This document shows, one piece after another, positions 12,725 to 26,430 of a DNA stretch of 64,000 nt (position 1 is its first letter; every line of letters starts with the position of its first letter). The DNA lies in contig OZ024741.1 of the NCBI GenBank assembly GCA_964016885.1, positions 301,320,001 through 301,384,000 of the forward strand, given 5' to 3'. The notes under the pieces are model-generated. The model was not told the origin of the DNA. It saw nothing but the letters and a program-made list of their open reading frames with translations, and did not search any database. This stretch comes from Eledone cirrhosa (taxonomy: Eukaryota). A program made the translations under genes and the position numbers.

Positions 12725-15720
12725 CTATGTAAGCAGGGGTTTCCCCTTACAAAATCGGCAAGGGTTCCTGCCCGGGCGCCCATGTCTGTAGTGCCTGTCT
12801 CGAACTGGTAGAGCTCCTCGGTAGTACTGCCAGGCCAGGGACTTTTGGAAGTTGTCTATCGGTCCCGGGCAGTAGGTCCTACCGAACAGACTGGCCAGTT
12901 TGTCTTCCTCTACGCCTAGAGTTTCTCCGAGCGCGTCGTCGCACTTGCTGCGGACCAATCATCTATAGAATGACGAAGTGGAGTCTCCGCTGATCACCGG
13001 GTCCGCCTGCCAGAGGACTGTGAGCGCCTGAGCACATTCGATGTTCCAGTCGCCCATTTTCCTCGGTCTTTGCTTGACCCAGGACTGCAGCTCGATCAGC
13101 GAGACGAGTCGTGGGATGGCTCGCCTCACGAACGGGACCCACACCGGTTGTCCGGTGATGAATACGTGGAGATGCTGCAGCTTGAGCGCATGTTTGCGCA
13201 TCGTTAGCCACGGCATCCCCAGCCCTCCGTTGCAAGGGTGTTGGCAGCAGATGGATCTTTTCACCAAAAGAGCCCGCTTCTTCCAAAGGAATTGGAAGAG
13301 CGCGCGCTCCATTTTGGTGAGCGTTTTGGCTGGACAAGGCACGACGGTCAAGCGGTAGTAGATGACGGACGCTATAAAAGTGTTCGCCACCTCCGCTCAA
13401 CCTTTCAAGGATAGTTTGCACTCGGCCCACTTCTGGGTGAGTGCAAACACCTTGGCCGTGACCTCGTTCCAGTTCTTCTCCACCTGGAGGTCCGGACCAA
13501 ACCAGACCCCGAGTAGGTTCACCGGTCTTTCCGTCCAGCGTCCGACGACGCCTTCAGAAGGCATCGGTCTGCTTCTCCACAATCCGAGTTGCAAACCGAT
13601 GGACTTGTCCCGGTTCAGCTTCGCTCCTGTGAACCTTTCGTATTCCTTCAGTAGGGTGCCGACTTCCTCGATTTGCAAAGTGCTCGACACCATTACTGTG
13701 CTGTCGACGGCGTAGGCCGACGCCGCATTCCGCAGTCCTGGTTCCAGAGGGATGCCATGCAATAGCTCCAACTTCCGCAGTAGTGGCTCGAGAAAGTCAG
13801 TACGTACAGAAGGGAGGAGAGAGGGCATCCCTGTCGGATGGATCGTGTGATACGGAACGGCTCCGAGAGGTAGCCGTTCACCTTGAGCATTGACTAGATG
13901 TTGCTGCTGTGCATTGTAGTAATCCAGCTCCTGAACACGGGTCCAAAGCCTGCCGCCTCGAGCACCGCATCCAGGTAACGATGGTCAACCCTATCGAAAG
14001 CGTTAGACTGATCCAAGTTGATCAGGGCCCCACCGAAGCCGCGTTTACACCCTACCCTCTCTGTGATGTATCGCATGAGGTGGAAGTTGTCGTGTATTGA
14101 CCTGGTAGGAATTGCGCATGTCTGCACTTCTCCCACCAGGTTTTCGACAACAAGCGCCAGCCTCTTTGCCAACACCTTGGCCAAAATCTGTAACTCTGTG
14201 TTTAGCAGAGTTATGGGCCAGAAGTTACCTATGTCATCCCCTTTATTCTCGTCCTTCCTGACCAACGTGACTACGCCCTTGGTCACAGAACTGGGAATTC
14301 TCCCGTTCTGCTGCCAGTTGCATTAGACCGCTTCGAGGAGAACAGAGAACAAGTCCGGAATTGCTACGTAGAATTCGTAGGGTAGACCGTCGAGGCCCGT
14401 AGATTAGCGTTTGCCGCATTGGCTCATCGCGTCCCCTATCTCAGCGGCTGAAATCGGCCTTTCGCAGAATTTCGCCTTGCTGTCCGAGAGCCGCGGCAGG
14501 CCGTCGAGGTATGGACTGAAATCCATAGCCACTCCCGGCGCGCCGCCCTTCCCGAACAGTTGAGCAAAGTGCCGCTGAAAAGCCGCGCACATCTGCTTCC
14601 GCTCATGTATCATGCGTCCGTCTTGGTTCTTCAAAGACCGAATCGGGGCTTGTTGCCACTTTTCGCCTCCGTCACCCGGGCCCAGCTAACAGCTATGGCT
14701 CCTTCGTTTCCCAGAGCACGTATTTTGCTTCTGACAATGTATCCTTCGTTTTTTTTTTCGAAGAACTGGTCCAAGGCCGTTATTATGATAGCACGCTGCC
14801 TACGTTGCCACTCCTAAGTGCCTCTTCTACTTTATCTATCAGTTCCTTTTTGGTCTTAGTTCTATCTAACACTAATTTTTTACTAAAACCTATCGAGTCT
14901 AAACTAATTGCCCTCTTGAGAGAGTACCACCATCTGTTGTTGACAATGGCCCCCGTCAATTGCTGCTTAACTAAAGTGCTAATCCGTATATTGTAGGCTT
15001 TGCATGTCGGTAACGACAAGTTCAGCTTCCAGTAGCCGGGTCCCTGTCTATGGGTTTTGTCAAGGTTAACTAAGCAGGTCACTAATTTGTGATCTGAATA
15101 GGCAACCATGAACATTTGTGGACAGCTTAACATGTCCCTATCCTTCTTTCTAACTAGAACCCTATCTAGATACGACTAGATGTTCCGCTAAGATTAGTCC
15201 ACGTCCACAGTGGCACAGTCGGAAAATCTAGTCAATATCTATCGGCCAGGTCAAATCGGGCGATTAACTGTTTGAGGCTGTTACACCCATTTTTTCGGGA
15301 CATGCTCCCACATAGTCCCAACGTGCATCTAGGATTCCATTCCAGTCCCCCACTAACATTAAGGATCGGGACGTTCCCGGAAAAGTCTCTAGACGTTTGA
15401 AGAAGTCTGGCCGTGGAGTCCCGGATGGGGCATATGCGGCCACCAGTCGACCCTCCGGGTCCAGATGTATCGTCTGTGTTACGAGGCCCAGGTGTTTCCT
15501 CAGCAAAACGGCAACCCCGCCCCAACCTCCCCGCTGACATAGAGATGCGTAGATCTCATAGTCATCGAAGATGAGAGCCAGCTGTCGCTCGCTGTAGATC
15601 CTGGACTCGCAGATGGTAATTACATCCATACTGTGCGACCTGAGCTCGTTTAGGAGTTTGCCCTGTTTCCAGGGCATTCCCAGGCCGCGCACATTCACCC
15701 AACCGACTCTTACATTCGCC
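12725..15720 (-). pseudogene. LINE ORF2 (APE endonuclease + reverse transcriptase), fragmented
   Basis: NVRGL, GGVAVL, VGDWN, SDHK, PGYWKLN, PITLLN, LDQSNAFDRVDH, IRQGCPLS, AYAVD. Confidence 0.9.
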
Positions 15721-15843
15721 CTGTCGGTGAGGAAGAGTTAGAAAAGAAGAGGAATGAATTCACTCACCTCCTTGCTTCCTGGAGACCAGGCTGCACCATG
15801 TCCATGGGGGTGTTGGATGGGGTGTTTGGTAGGGTGGTGGTTT

Positions 15844-17399
15844 CTAGTGGGGTGGGGACGGAGATGTTTGGTGGGGAGGGGTGTCTGGTGGGGTAGGGCT
15901 GTCTGGGGTGAGGGTGGGGAAACATTTTAAAAGGACGCGGTTAATGGGTTTAACACAAGGATTACCCACGTGCTTAGGAAACTTTTCCTTTAAAGACTTA
16001 TAGGTGTCCGTAGGGACCCTAATCATCTTTAAATTAGGTCTGTCTGCACATTTCGAAAAAGTTTTCCCTTCGGTGAAAACCGAAGGGTCGTGGGAGATGA
16101 CCTCCATTAAAGTTTTGTTTTCACTGTTTATGTCTGTGTAATGTTCTTGTTGTGTTGGGTTGGTTTTTGTCTGTTGTTCTTGTGTGAGCTTTCGTTTTGT
16201 TGTAGGTATTTGTGTTTGGAGTGATGTCGTGGTTTTGTTTTCGGGACGGGGGGTTTTTGTTTGTAATGTTTGTGTTGTTTGTGTTAGTGGTTGTATGTTT
16301 GTAGTGATGTTTGTTGCTTTTTTATTCTTGTGGTGTCTTTTCTTCTTTCTTTTCGAACGGAGAGGCTCTCCCTCATGGTCACTTGGTGATGATGAGGGGG
16401 CATCGTCCGTTGTGGTGTCTGTGTTATTTGGAAGGAGTATGTTTGGGGGAGCTGTTGTGTTTGTGGGCGTTTTTGCAGTGGTTTTATGTGGAGTGGGGTT
16501 GGGTGGGACTGTGCTTGCAGTTTGGTTTGTTGTTCTCGTTTTGGTTATGTTTGCGTGTTGTTGTTGTTGTTGTGGTGGTGGTGGTTGGGTTGTTGTTTTG
16601 GGTGTTGGTAGTAGTGCCTCTTTTTCTTTGCAGCTAGCTGAGGACAGTAAGCCTTCAGGTGACCACTGCTTAAACAGTGGTAACATGAAGGCCGCCTACC
16701 CTCAACAGAAATGTTTATGTATGAAATCCCATCCAGAGGCACACGTTGGGGTATTTTAGCTATCCGTTCTGGCCTCATTTGGACCAGAACTTCCAGGCTT
16801 GTACCTTTGAATGTGCCTATGGAGGACTTTCCCACTGAAATTATTGTGTCTTCATCGAAATCAATGAAGCCAGTCAAAACCCACCAGACGTTTACGTTTG
16901 GTGTAATATTTGAAATTTTAATTTTTGGGGTTCTTTTTCCCATATATGTGGGGAAAAAGGTGTAAAGGGGGGGACACAATTGACGACACAGAATATTTTT
17001 GTGCCGTCAATTGGTCTTTCACCAGCACCGAAATGCTTCCAAAAAGTTTACCTTTTTGGATGAAGGCAATATCCTTCATTGAATTTTTCAGAACCTGTTC
17101 AATTTCGTTTTGGGATTATTAGACTGGTTTTTTGGACACATTTGAAACTTTCCTAAAAATTATTGTTTTTAGGATAGTTTCTGTACGTAACTGTTGAGGG
17201 GAAGTGATGCTGAAAGCACTACTCTCACCAAAAGTTACATACTGCTTTGCTTCTTTCAACAACTCCCTAGCATTGGAGATGTCTCGATATGTAAACAGTT
17301 CCGTCTTTTGGACGGTTTGTGCAAAGGAAATATTTTCCTTGTTTGTGGAGTTGTTCGTGTTGCTGTTGTTGTTGGTGGTGGTGTTGTTATCATTGTTGC

Positions 17400-17430
<31 letters not shown>

Positions 17431-17679
17431 CTGGTTGGTGTTGTTCACGTTTTTCATGTTATTTGTGTTGGTGTTGGTGTTACAATTAACGTTCGACATC
17501 GTGTTTTCAAAACTGACGACATTTTTAATGTCTTTCAATGAGGTGGTGAGAGGAGATGACTGCAAGCTTAACACTCTTACCGCCTCTCCACCACTTCTAG
17601 TACTGGACGCGTCCATGACTGAATGCAACATTTGTCTACAATTTTTCAACGAAAAAATTTTTTCAAACGAAAATTTCAC
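15844..17679 (-). pseudogene. LINE ORF1 (Asn-rich N-terminus, CCHC knuckle, Pro/Thr-rich C-terminus), fragmented
   Basis: ISVEGRRPSCYHCLSSGHLKAYC aligns with ISVEGKRPKCFRCGSKTHLRAFC of the ORF at 60353. Confidence 0.82.
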
Positions 17680-17838
17680 CCCAGGGAGGGGTGAAGAGGA
17701 GTTGACCCACCGTCTGAAGGTCCAGACGTGGGGTCAAGCTATAAAATAGTATCAAATTTAACAATAAAATATTCTTACGCAGAATATCAACAAAAACTTA
17801 CCAGCTAACTGGCACACGTCTATCGAGATGAGAGATGG

Positions 17839-18225
<387 letters not shown>

Positions 18226-19824
18226 TATATATGACAGATTACGTAAGATCATATATATATGAAATAATAAAATCAAGAATTTCTTAACATTCTAATCCAT
18301 TTGGCTTTACCTCAAATTTGTCTACGTAACAATAAAAAAAAGAAAATGTTCCACCATAAAGTAAATTGATCATCAAAGTCACCATCGCCGATGTAATCAA
18401 TCGAAATAGAAAATTCTATTATTTTGTTGCTATAAGAATCGTTTTATTTTATTGTTTTATCAGGAAAATCCGCATTCAACGCCTGATGAAGAACAAGAAA
18501 GATTTTGAATCAAACAAGTAAAAGTTATCAACTACCATGGTAAATATTGATTTTGTTAAGCAATAAGAGTTACGAATAAAGAAGCATATATGCATTACTT
18601 TATTTTCGTTGTTAGTTTTATTTCCATTGACGTTAAAGCTGCAGTTATATACTAGACCATGAATTACTATTTCATTCTCGTTAAATAAAACCCATATCGC
18701 TGAAGACCTATAGATTCTTGACGTTGGTCATTAATAATGTATTATCTATGTCAAAGTCTACATATTTATTATATTGGTTAAGAATCACAAGCAGCTCAAC
18801 ATCTTCATCCACTCTGAAACAATACGTCGCTGATTATTCGTAAATGAAATACAAAAGTAATATATGTGAAGAACGTAAATATTCCATCAATGACCACGAA
18901 ATATTATTAGAGAATTTAATTATTCCTTAATTAAATAAATATTACTAACAGCACAGGCATTCTGCGATATATTTCTGCACAATGTCAAGAATGTCATATT
19001 TACTTACACGTATGCAGAAAGATTTTAAGCCACGTACATGTAATAAGAACAAAACTATCGATAATTCATAATTTTCCTATATCACATTCTCTTACATACG
19101 GTGCTTTCATGCCGATCTTTCTCACTCATTATGTATATATATATATATATACACGTTCAAAGAAACCAGCTTAATCTGCCTCAAAATATGTCAGATTTGC
19201 CCGTGATGTGATCAGCCTGGTTCACTTTTCATCAAGTGTCAGAATACGTAACACCCAGGCACAAGTTCAATAGCAACTGCCATTGACTATTGAATAGAAC
19301 AGGCATGTATTAATACTGTCCAAACACGAAGGTATTACAAAACTCGATTCCTCATCACTTGATTTCCCTCAGCGTATCAACGAATCTTTGGCTTGAAATT
19401 AACAAAAGATCTGATGCCTAATCACGTGATATTCTTCAACCTATCAAATTGTATTTCAAACATGTAGCAATCTGAGCCATATTTATTTGGTATAAAACTG
19501 AAGAAATTCCCAACATCAATTAGCTGCCGGTTACAAGACGGCATAGCTACACATTACTCCATTTCCCCTGACTTTTAAAAATCATGAAACTTGTGAAACC
19601 GGTAAATTCATAAATTATTGTAAATAGACTCCAATTGAAAGACTCCAATTGCATTTTCAATTTCCTTTTTCTATATGTTTACTGATGTGAGACATATTAT
19701 TTTACTCGAATATATATATATAAATATATAAATGTGTATGTGTGTTTGTATGCGCGCGCGCGTATATGTGTGTGTCTGTGTGTGTGTGTATGTGTGTGTG
19801 CATATGTGTAGTTATCTATGTATT

Positions 19825-19869
<45 letters not shown>

Positions 19870-20017
19870 CTCTCTCTGTATGTATGACCCTGTCAGAAGC
19901 ATGTAAAACTCCAGAGAAACAAGACTCACTATTTAGCCATAATAAATGAATATATACAAACACGCACCCACAAAGACGCGCAGATACACCCACACACATA
20001 CACCTCACACACACACA

Positions 20018-20099
<82 letters not shown>

Positions 20100-20183
20100 C
20101 TTTCAAATGCACGTTATGTTTCAAAATATCCCATAAGTGTGCATGTCTCTCGCTTCCCTCTCTGTCGCGCTGCGTATATACTC

Positions 20184-20345
<162 letters not shown>

Positions 20346-20914
20346 CGAGAGAGGGGATCTTTTGAAACATAACGTACATTTGAAGGTGAAAATAGGTTTA
20401 GATACAACATATAGCTATCTTCCGATCTAAATAAAACATATTGAATACTTCATTTAATAGAAAATGTTTCGTGCAAACTGCAATTTTTGCTATTATTATA
20501 TTTGGAGATAAATCTAATATCCCTAAATAAATGTTATTAAGGCAGTGAAAAAAATTCGATATAAAATGTGTAACATTGAAAACTTTGTAGATGATTTGTT
20601 GAGTATTTGCCACTTTAATATACTAACACATGAATAGACACACTGAAACTCGGTGGGACACAAACATAGATTGATACACACACACACACACACACACTCA
20701 CGCACACATATATATATATATATGTGTGTATGTGTATGTATATATATATATATGTATATATGGTGGCTGCCAACTCGTTTTCGAGTACGGCCACTACTTT
20801 ATATCCATATAGGAGAACCCCTACCGATGCGCTGAACGAGTGTGACTTTTTAGTCCAGTCAGCAACTTGAAAACTCTGGTACAAACACTACACTTGTGAC
20901 AAATATTGACACAT

Positions 20915-21371
20915 AGTGCTGGGCCCATGGTACCCTGTGACGACAAGTGCAGAGAGATCTCCAGATATAAAGCAATGCCTGTGCCGTGAAGCTTTTATAG
21001 TGAGCAAAGGCACTGCACAAAGCCAGTCCCACTCTCTTAACCAAGATGATATTTACCAAAAAGAAGAACAAGTCAACATCATTGGATACCATCAGAGTTG
21101 CAGGTGTTATATCAGAGTTTTCCTTCTCCTAGAATTCTGCCTTGACAAAGGCTAAAGGGTCATCTCTCCCGGTGATTTTGGATGGCCATTGACTCTTAAG
21201 AGCTCCTTTGCCCTTTGACAGGTCTTGTTTTTAGTCCTGCAGGATGTCCAAAGTCACCCTCCTCACCAAGAAACCTTGGTGGGGTTGCCAGTTTAGTCGC
21301 CAACGACCCGACCATGGGTCAGGTTGTACTGGGATACATGTTACCAGTAGCACCAACTGGTGACCTGACAT
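20915..21371 (-). mobile_element. RTE-like LINE 5'UTR fragment
   Basis: Minus strand has tctaggagaaggaaaactctgat, a motif typical of RTE 5' regions (from recall); related motif at 28128-28160. Confidence 0.5.
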
Positions 21372-22284
21372 AATATGTATATATATATATATATATACAC
21401 GCATATATATATATGTATATATATATTAGGCGCACACATATAGTATTAATAGGACTGGAGATAAGATATATCTTGCATAAATATCGAATATTTGATAAAA
21501 CAAAAACAGTATGCATACATCTCTTTCTCAATTGATTTGTTTATTTGAGTGTGTGTGTGTGTCTGTGTGTGTCTGTGTGTCTGTGGGTGTGGTGTGTGTG
21601 TGTGTGCATGTATGTATATTTTAAAACAAATAATGACTAAGAAGGAAGGCAACAGCGAGTTATTCGACTCTTAAATTTCTTTCTGTCGATCTCTCCGAGA
21701 ATAATACTAATACGAATATTATATTGTTTAAATAAACGGCTGGTAGTAAAATATATTAATATTGATATAATTGCGACGAAATATCAAGAAAACGAAATAT
21801 TGAAGTGCAAATTTGTTTCTATCTAAAACATATCAATTGTAACCCTATAAGGAAACCATGTTACATGAGAGAAAATTGAATTTACTGAATGTATGGATAA
21901 ATAAATAAATATTTATTTAATTTATTAAGTCAACCCATGAATACTTTTGAAAATCAGTTATTCCTTTCTGAAATAAAGAAATAGTCACCTTACTCACTTT
22001 CTTGAGTCAAGAATATCCTTTGCAACCTAGATAGGGAGGCAGTTTTAGTTTTAGATTAACATACATTTGTCATGATACACTGTGAGCAATTTGTACGCTT
22101 TATTTTTCATCATAACGTTTCAGCAACAACTATTTAATACAAAATACATAAAGATGCTAAAATCTGAATAACGACATTACGTTAAACAACATACAATATT
22201 GGAAGTATCCCTCAGGGACGTTTTGACAAGAACATATATATTGCTATAAGGACACTTCGAGCAGTATCGATATAGCAGTATCGA

Positions 22285-22417
22285 TTGGCAGTATCGGTAG
22301 TGTCAGACACCATGATTTGCAACATAGAGTCATGGCCCTTTACGTTCTGAGTTTAAATCCCTCCGTGGTTAGCTTTGCCTTTCGGGGGCGATAGAATAAA
22401 GTACCAGTAATGCACTG
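22285..22417 (+). mobile_element. tRNA-derived SINE, diverged and partial
   Basis: Matches the family at 8905 and 43179. Confidence 0.7.
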
Positions 22418-24542
22418 AACCTCTGTGACATATTTTTATGATTTATGCGAAACACAGCCTCGATCGTTGTGTCGCTTTTATAACCTTGAACTGATATCAA
22501 TTCCACCTGCCTTTCTCAATTTTAAGTATGTTTACGTGGACAACTAATTAATAACTTTTCAAATTATTTATGGGAATTTCAATTACATTCACTCTTCGTC
22601 TCGATTTTAGAAAGAACAATGTTTATTTCTCATAGCTATGATTTATTAGCTTTCTATTTTGGAGAGGCTCAATAGCCTGGGGACTAGGGCCTACTGCATT
22701 CCTTTTTTCTCTCTTTCTTCCGTTCTCTCTCCCCCACTCTTTTCTTTCCCTTTCTAACACTCACTGCTCCTACTGTCACTCCCGTTTGCTGCCATTTCCA
22801 CCGCCACAAGGCTAATACTCTTTTTTGCCCCGGCGGTGCATCGTTGGCCGGTCATATTTTATTTCACTCTCTAATCTGTCGTCGCATACGCATCAATCCT
22901 GCAAAAATATTTACTTTCCTCTCAATTAATTCGTCAGAAACTGCAAGCCAGTTTGAGAGCTGACAAAGTTAGATGCATGCGTGATTTTTGTATCGTTCAT
23001 AACTTTAATCTCGACTCTTATTATAACCCTAATCTTCATTTGTCTTCCTTTCTTTCTTCTTATCACTTCTAAGTGCCAGCACACTTCTCCTTCCTCTGCT
23101 CCTCTCTCAATCGTTTCTATGTTGTTGTTTTTTGTGCCAGCCATTCACCTCACAACTTCAATTTTCTCATTATCGACCACTGGCCACTGATTTCTCTCCT
23201 TAGAGGTATTTTTACCCGACCTGTATGCTGTCATTGACGGCATCTGGCTGTTCTTGCGTTCGAGTTTTCAAATTATTTTTATGAATTGTAAATGCATTCA
23301 CACTTCGTCTCGAATTTCAAGACAACAACGTTTATTTAATATTTTATGGTACAAATGTAAATTCTAAGCATACACCAATTTAACCTACGCAAACTATAAG
23401 GACAATGCAGCCAATAAACAGATGATCGATCAGCTATTTAAGGTAACAAAATTTCCCCAAAAGCAACTTCACTACGTGGAATGGTCAAGCTTATCATATT
23501 GTCTCATTGAATAAAGTAGACTGGTGCGAAATATTAACAGTGAATATTTATGTAGTTAATGAACCGATTTTTACTGAAATAACGAAATATGAATGCCACT
23601 TATGTATAAATCTTTATTCTTTTGTCATATATCTTTATTCTATTATCTTTATTCTTATGTCATTTAGATGAATACACTAGAAACAAAGCCCTATTTATCG
23701 TAATGTTTTAGTATTAGAATTAACCTTCACAGCTTTTAGATTCTACTACGCAAGATAGTCATGTATTCAATGAAACTCGTCTACCATGAACTTTTAACAG
23801 CTAATACATAGTATATCGGGAAATACACGGTATATAATATAGGCTCCTTCAACTAAGGAATGATATCTGTATATCTCAAAATGATATCTCAAAGCTTACG
23901 ATATCTGTATTATCAATGAAAACAGTGGCTCTGTTATTTATGTTTCATTTAGTTTTAGTTGACTTGTTATAGATAAAGGCATGGGAAAATGGAATATATT
24001 ATTGATGTGGACAAAACAATAATACGCAAGATAATGAAATGAATTATTGAAAAAGTAAAAAGACAAAAAATACGAAATTTTAGAAAAGGAATCTGGAAAA
24101 CGATTCTGCATATGCGACACGGAAGATAATCTAGAATGATTCGTGATATGTTATGTAGAATAATGGTTAACTGAAATCCTGTGGTGACCATAGGCAGAAA
24201 AGCAATAAGATATATATATGTGTGTGTATGTATGTATGTATGTAAGATCTGAGTATTGATCCTCCTTCAATGGAAAGATAATGTAGTTTCCATCCAAAAA
24301 CAAAAGACGTTAGAAAGAAAGCTATGAAATAAAAAAGGAATACAATGCAACAATGAAAAATATCGTTAACTTAGCAAATTTATTGCGTTGAACTATTAAA
24401 GAGCAGATACAGTATTGATTTGATAGTTTTCGTGCATAATTCTATTCCCGATAAGTTAATGTGCCTAGCGCAATAACATGTATATATATGTCTGTGTGTC
24501 TGTGTGTGTGTGTGTGTGTGCGTGTGCGACTGTGTGTGTGTG

Positions 24543-24624
<82 letters not shown>

Positions 24625-24881
24625 TGTGTGCGTGTGTCTGTGTGTGTTTATAGTAGAGTGTCAAGTTACGATAGAAAGTGTGTAGTTATAACGGAAAATG
24701 ATTTAGCCAGTTTATATCTATCGAAATAGTAATAATTTTCTTATTTGGCCACATGGTGTCATAGATACTATATACAAAAACGGGTGCAAAGCAGTAGGTT
24801 TGTACTGAAAACTGAACGTACATGCACACATACTAACAAACGCATACACACACACACGTCCATACACACACACACACACAC

Positions 24882-24968
<87 letters not shown>

Positions 24969-25079
24969 ATATATTTCAGAGAGCCGCTATATCTGCTGGG
25001 GTTACTTATCCTTCTTATCCTTCAGGCTAACATCAAAAGTAGAAACAATTATTTCATATACAAGATCTCCTTAATATGC

Positions 25080-25162
<83 letters not shown>

Positions 25163-25182
25163 GAGGGAGAGAGAGAGAAAGA

Positions 25183-25234
<52 letters not shown>

Positions 25235-25239
25235 TAGAG

Positions 25240-25630
25240 AGAAAGTGAAATTGGAAATACCACGGAAAATATATTTAAGGGTCATCAAAGTGACATTCGA
25301 ATCGGTAGAGCGTCAGACACCATGCTTTCTAGCATAGTTACGTCCCTTTACAGTCTGAGTTCAAATCCCACCTAGGTTAACTTTGCCTTTCATCCTTACG
25401 GGGTCGATAAAATAAAGTACCAGTAATGTACTGGTGAATTGCTGGCCTTGTGCCTAAAGTAGAAACAATTATTGAAAAAATGAGAGAGACAATTGTTTTA
25501 AAAATGAGTTTTATAATGTATATATAGTATATAAAGTATAACCGGTTTCGATGTAATAGTAAAATTCATCTTATCAAATGTTGAGTATTACAATTAAAAA
25601 GAATTAATAAGAATTAAAAACTAAAAGGAG
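25240..25630 (-). mobile_element. pLTR-like repeat (copies at 40903-41190 and 48882-49135) interrupted by a SINE at 25300-25469
   Basis: gtgacatt|attgaaaaaatgag is contiguous in the other two copies; carries an HHR motif. Confidence 0.75.
25536..25583 (-). ncRNA. Minimal hammerhead motif, U3-A8 variant (mutated copy at 41101-41147)
   Basis: UUGAUAA-GAUG...CAUC-GAAA-CCGG-UU; stem I is weak. Confidence 0.55.
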
Positions 25631-25667
25631 ATTGGATATATATATATATATCCATGTCTTTACTTTG

Positions 25668-25733
<66 letters not shown>

Positions 25734-26261
25734 CACAACGTAAAGAAATTTATTCATACAAAATGAATCATAGCTTTTTTTTATATGGGTGTTTGCAGAA
25801 AATATCATGGTTACTTCGGTTATTTTTGTACTGCGAGGTCACAGCCTTCATTAGCAGTTCATAGTATCATTTTCGATGTTTCCTTTGTATTGATGTTGTT
25901 GATTGTTAACTCATATCGCTTGTGCAATTTACGTCATTTCTATGTTAATATTCTTGTTTTCTTTATGATGCCCTGACAGGGGATGCAACTCTGGTTTCAA
26001 TATGAGTGTTCCTCCGTGTAATATGTTAATCGAAGGACTTTTCTTTTTTTTTTTTTTTGTATTTAGTTATGAATTAAAACTTCTATTTAGCCGTTGCTGT
26101 TATGTTCGAATCAATATATTAATGGAAAAGGAAACGTTGAAATTGTTTCCAGCATCCTACTCTGCAGCTACGTATATTTTGATACTGAGCTTTATACTTA
26201 TGGCTCAGTGATGTAATGTCTGATACTTTCATTCTTTTTAAGAATGTCCTACTTGTTTTTT

Positions 26262-26430
26262 GAAGGCACGTGGCTGAGTGGTTAGAGAATTGGATTCACA
26301 ATAGTGAAGTTGTGATTTCGATTCCAAGGCTGGGTGGTGCGTTATGTCCTTGAGCAAGACACTTTATTTCACTTTGCTCCTTCTGCCTGGATTTGTGACC
26401 GACAGATAGTATTAGCAATTGGAAAGACCA
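26262..26430 (+). mobile_element. tRNA-derived SINE with CORE/V-like domain (second copy 42935-43100)
   Basis: A box TGGCTGAGTGG, B-box-like TTCGATTCC, and tgtccttg(a/g)gcaagacactt. Confidence 0.75.

Larger units (their letters stand above)
12720..17750 (-). mobile_element. L1/Tx1-clade LINE, near full length, degenerate, 3'-truncated
   Basis: ORF1 remnants with CYHCLSSGHLKAYC knuckle; ORF2 remnants with APE and RT motifs; many frameshifts. Confidence 0.92.

Noticed and set aside
26262-26340. tRNA genes at SINE heads; CRISPR-like arrays
   Set aside because: No full cloverleaf, and the heads continue into SINE bodies. No regularly spaced repeat-spacer array exists, and the DNA is eukaryotic.
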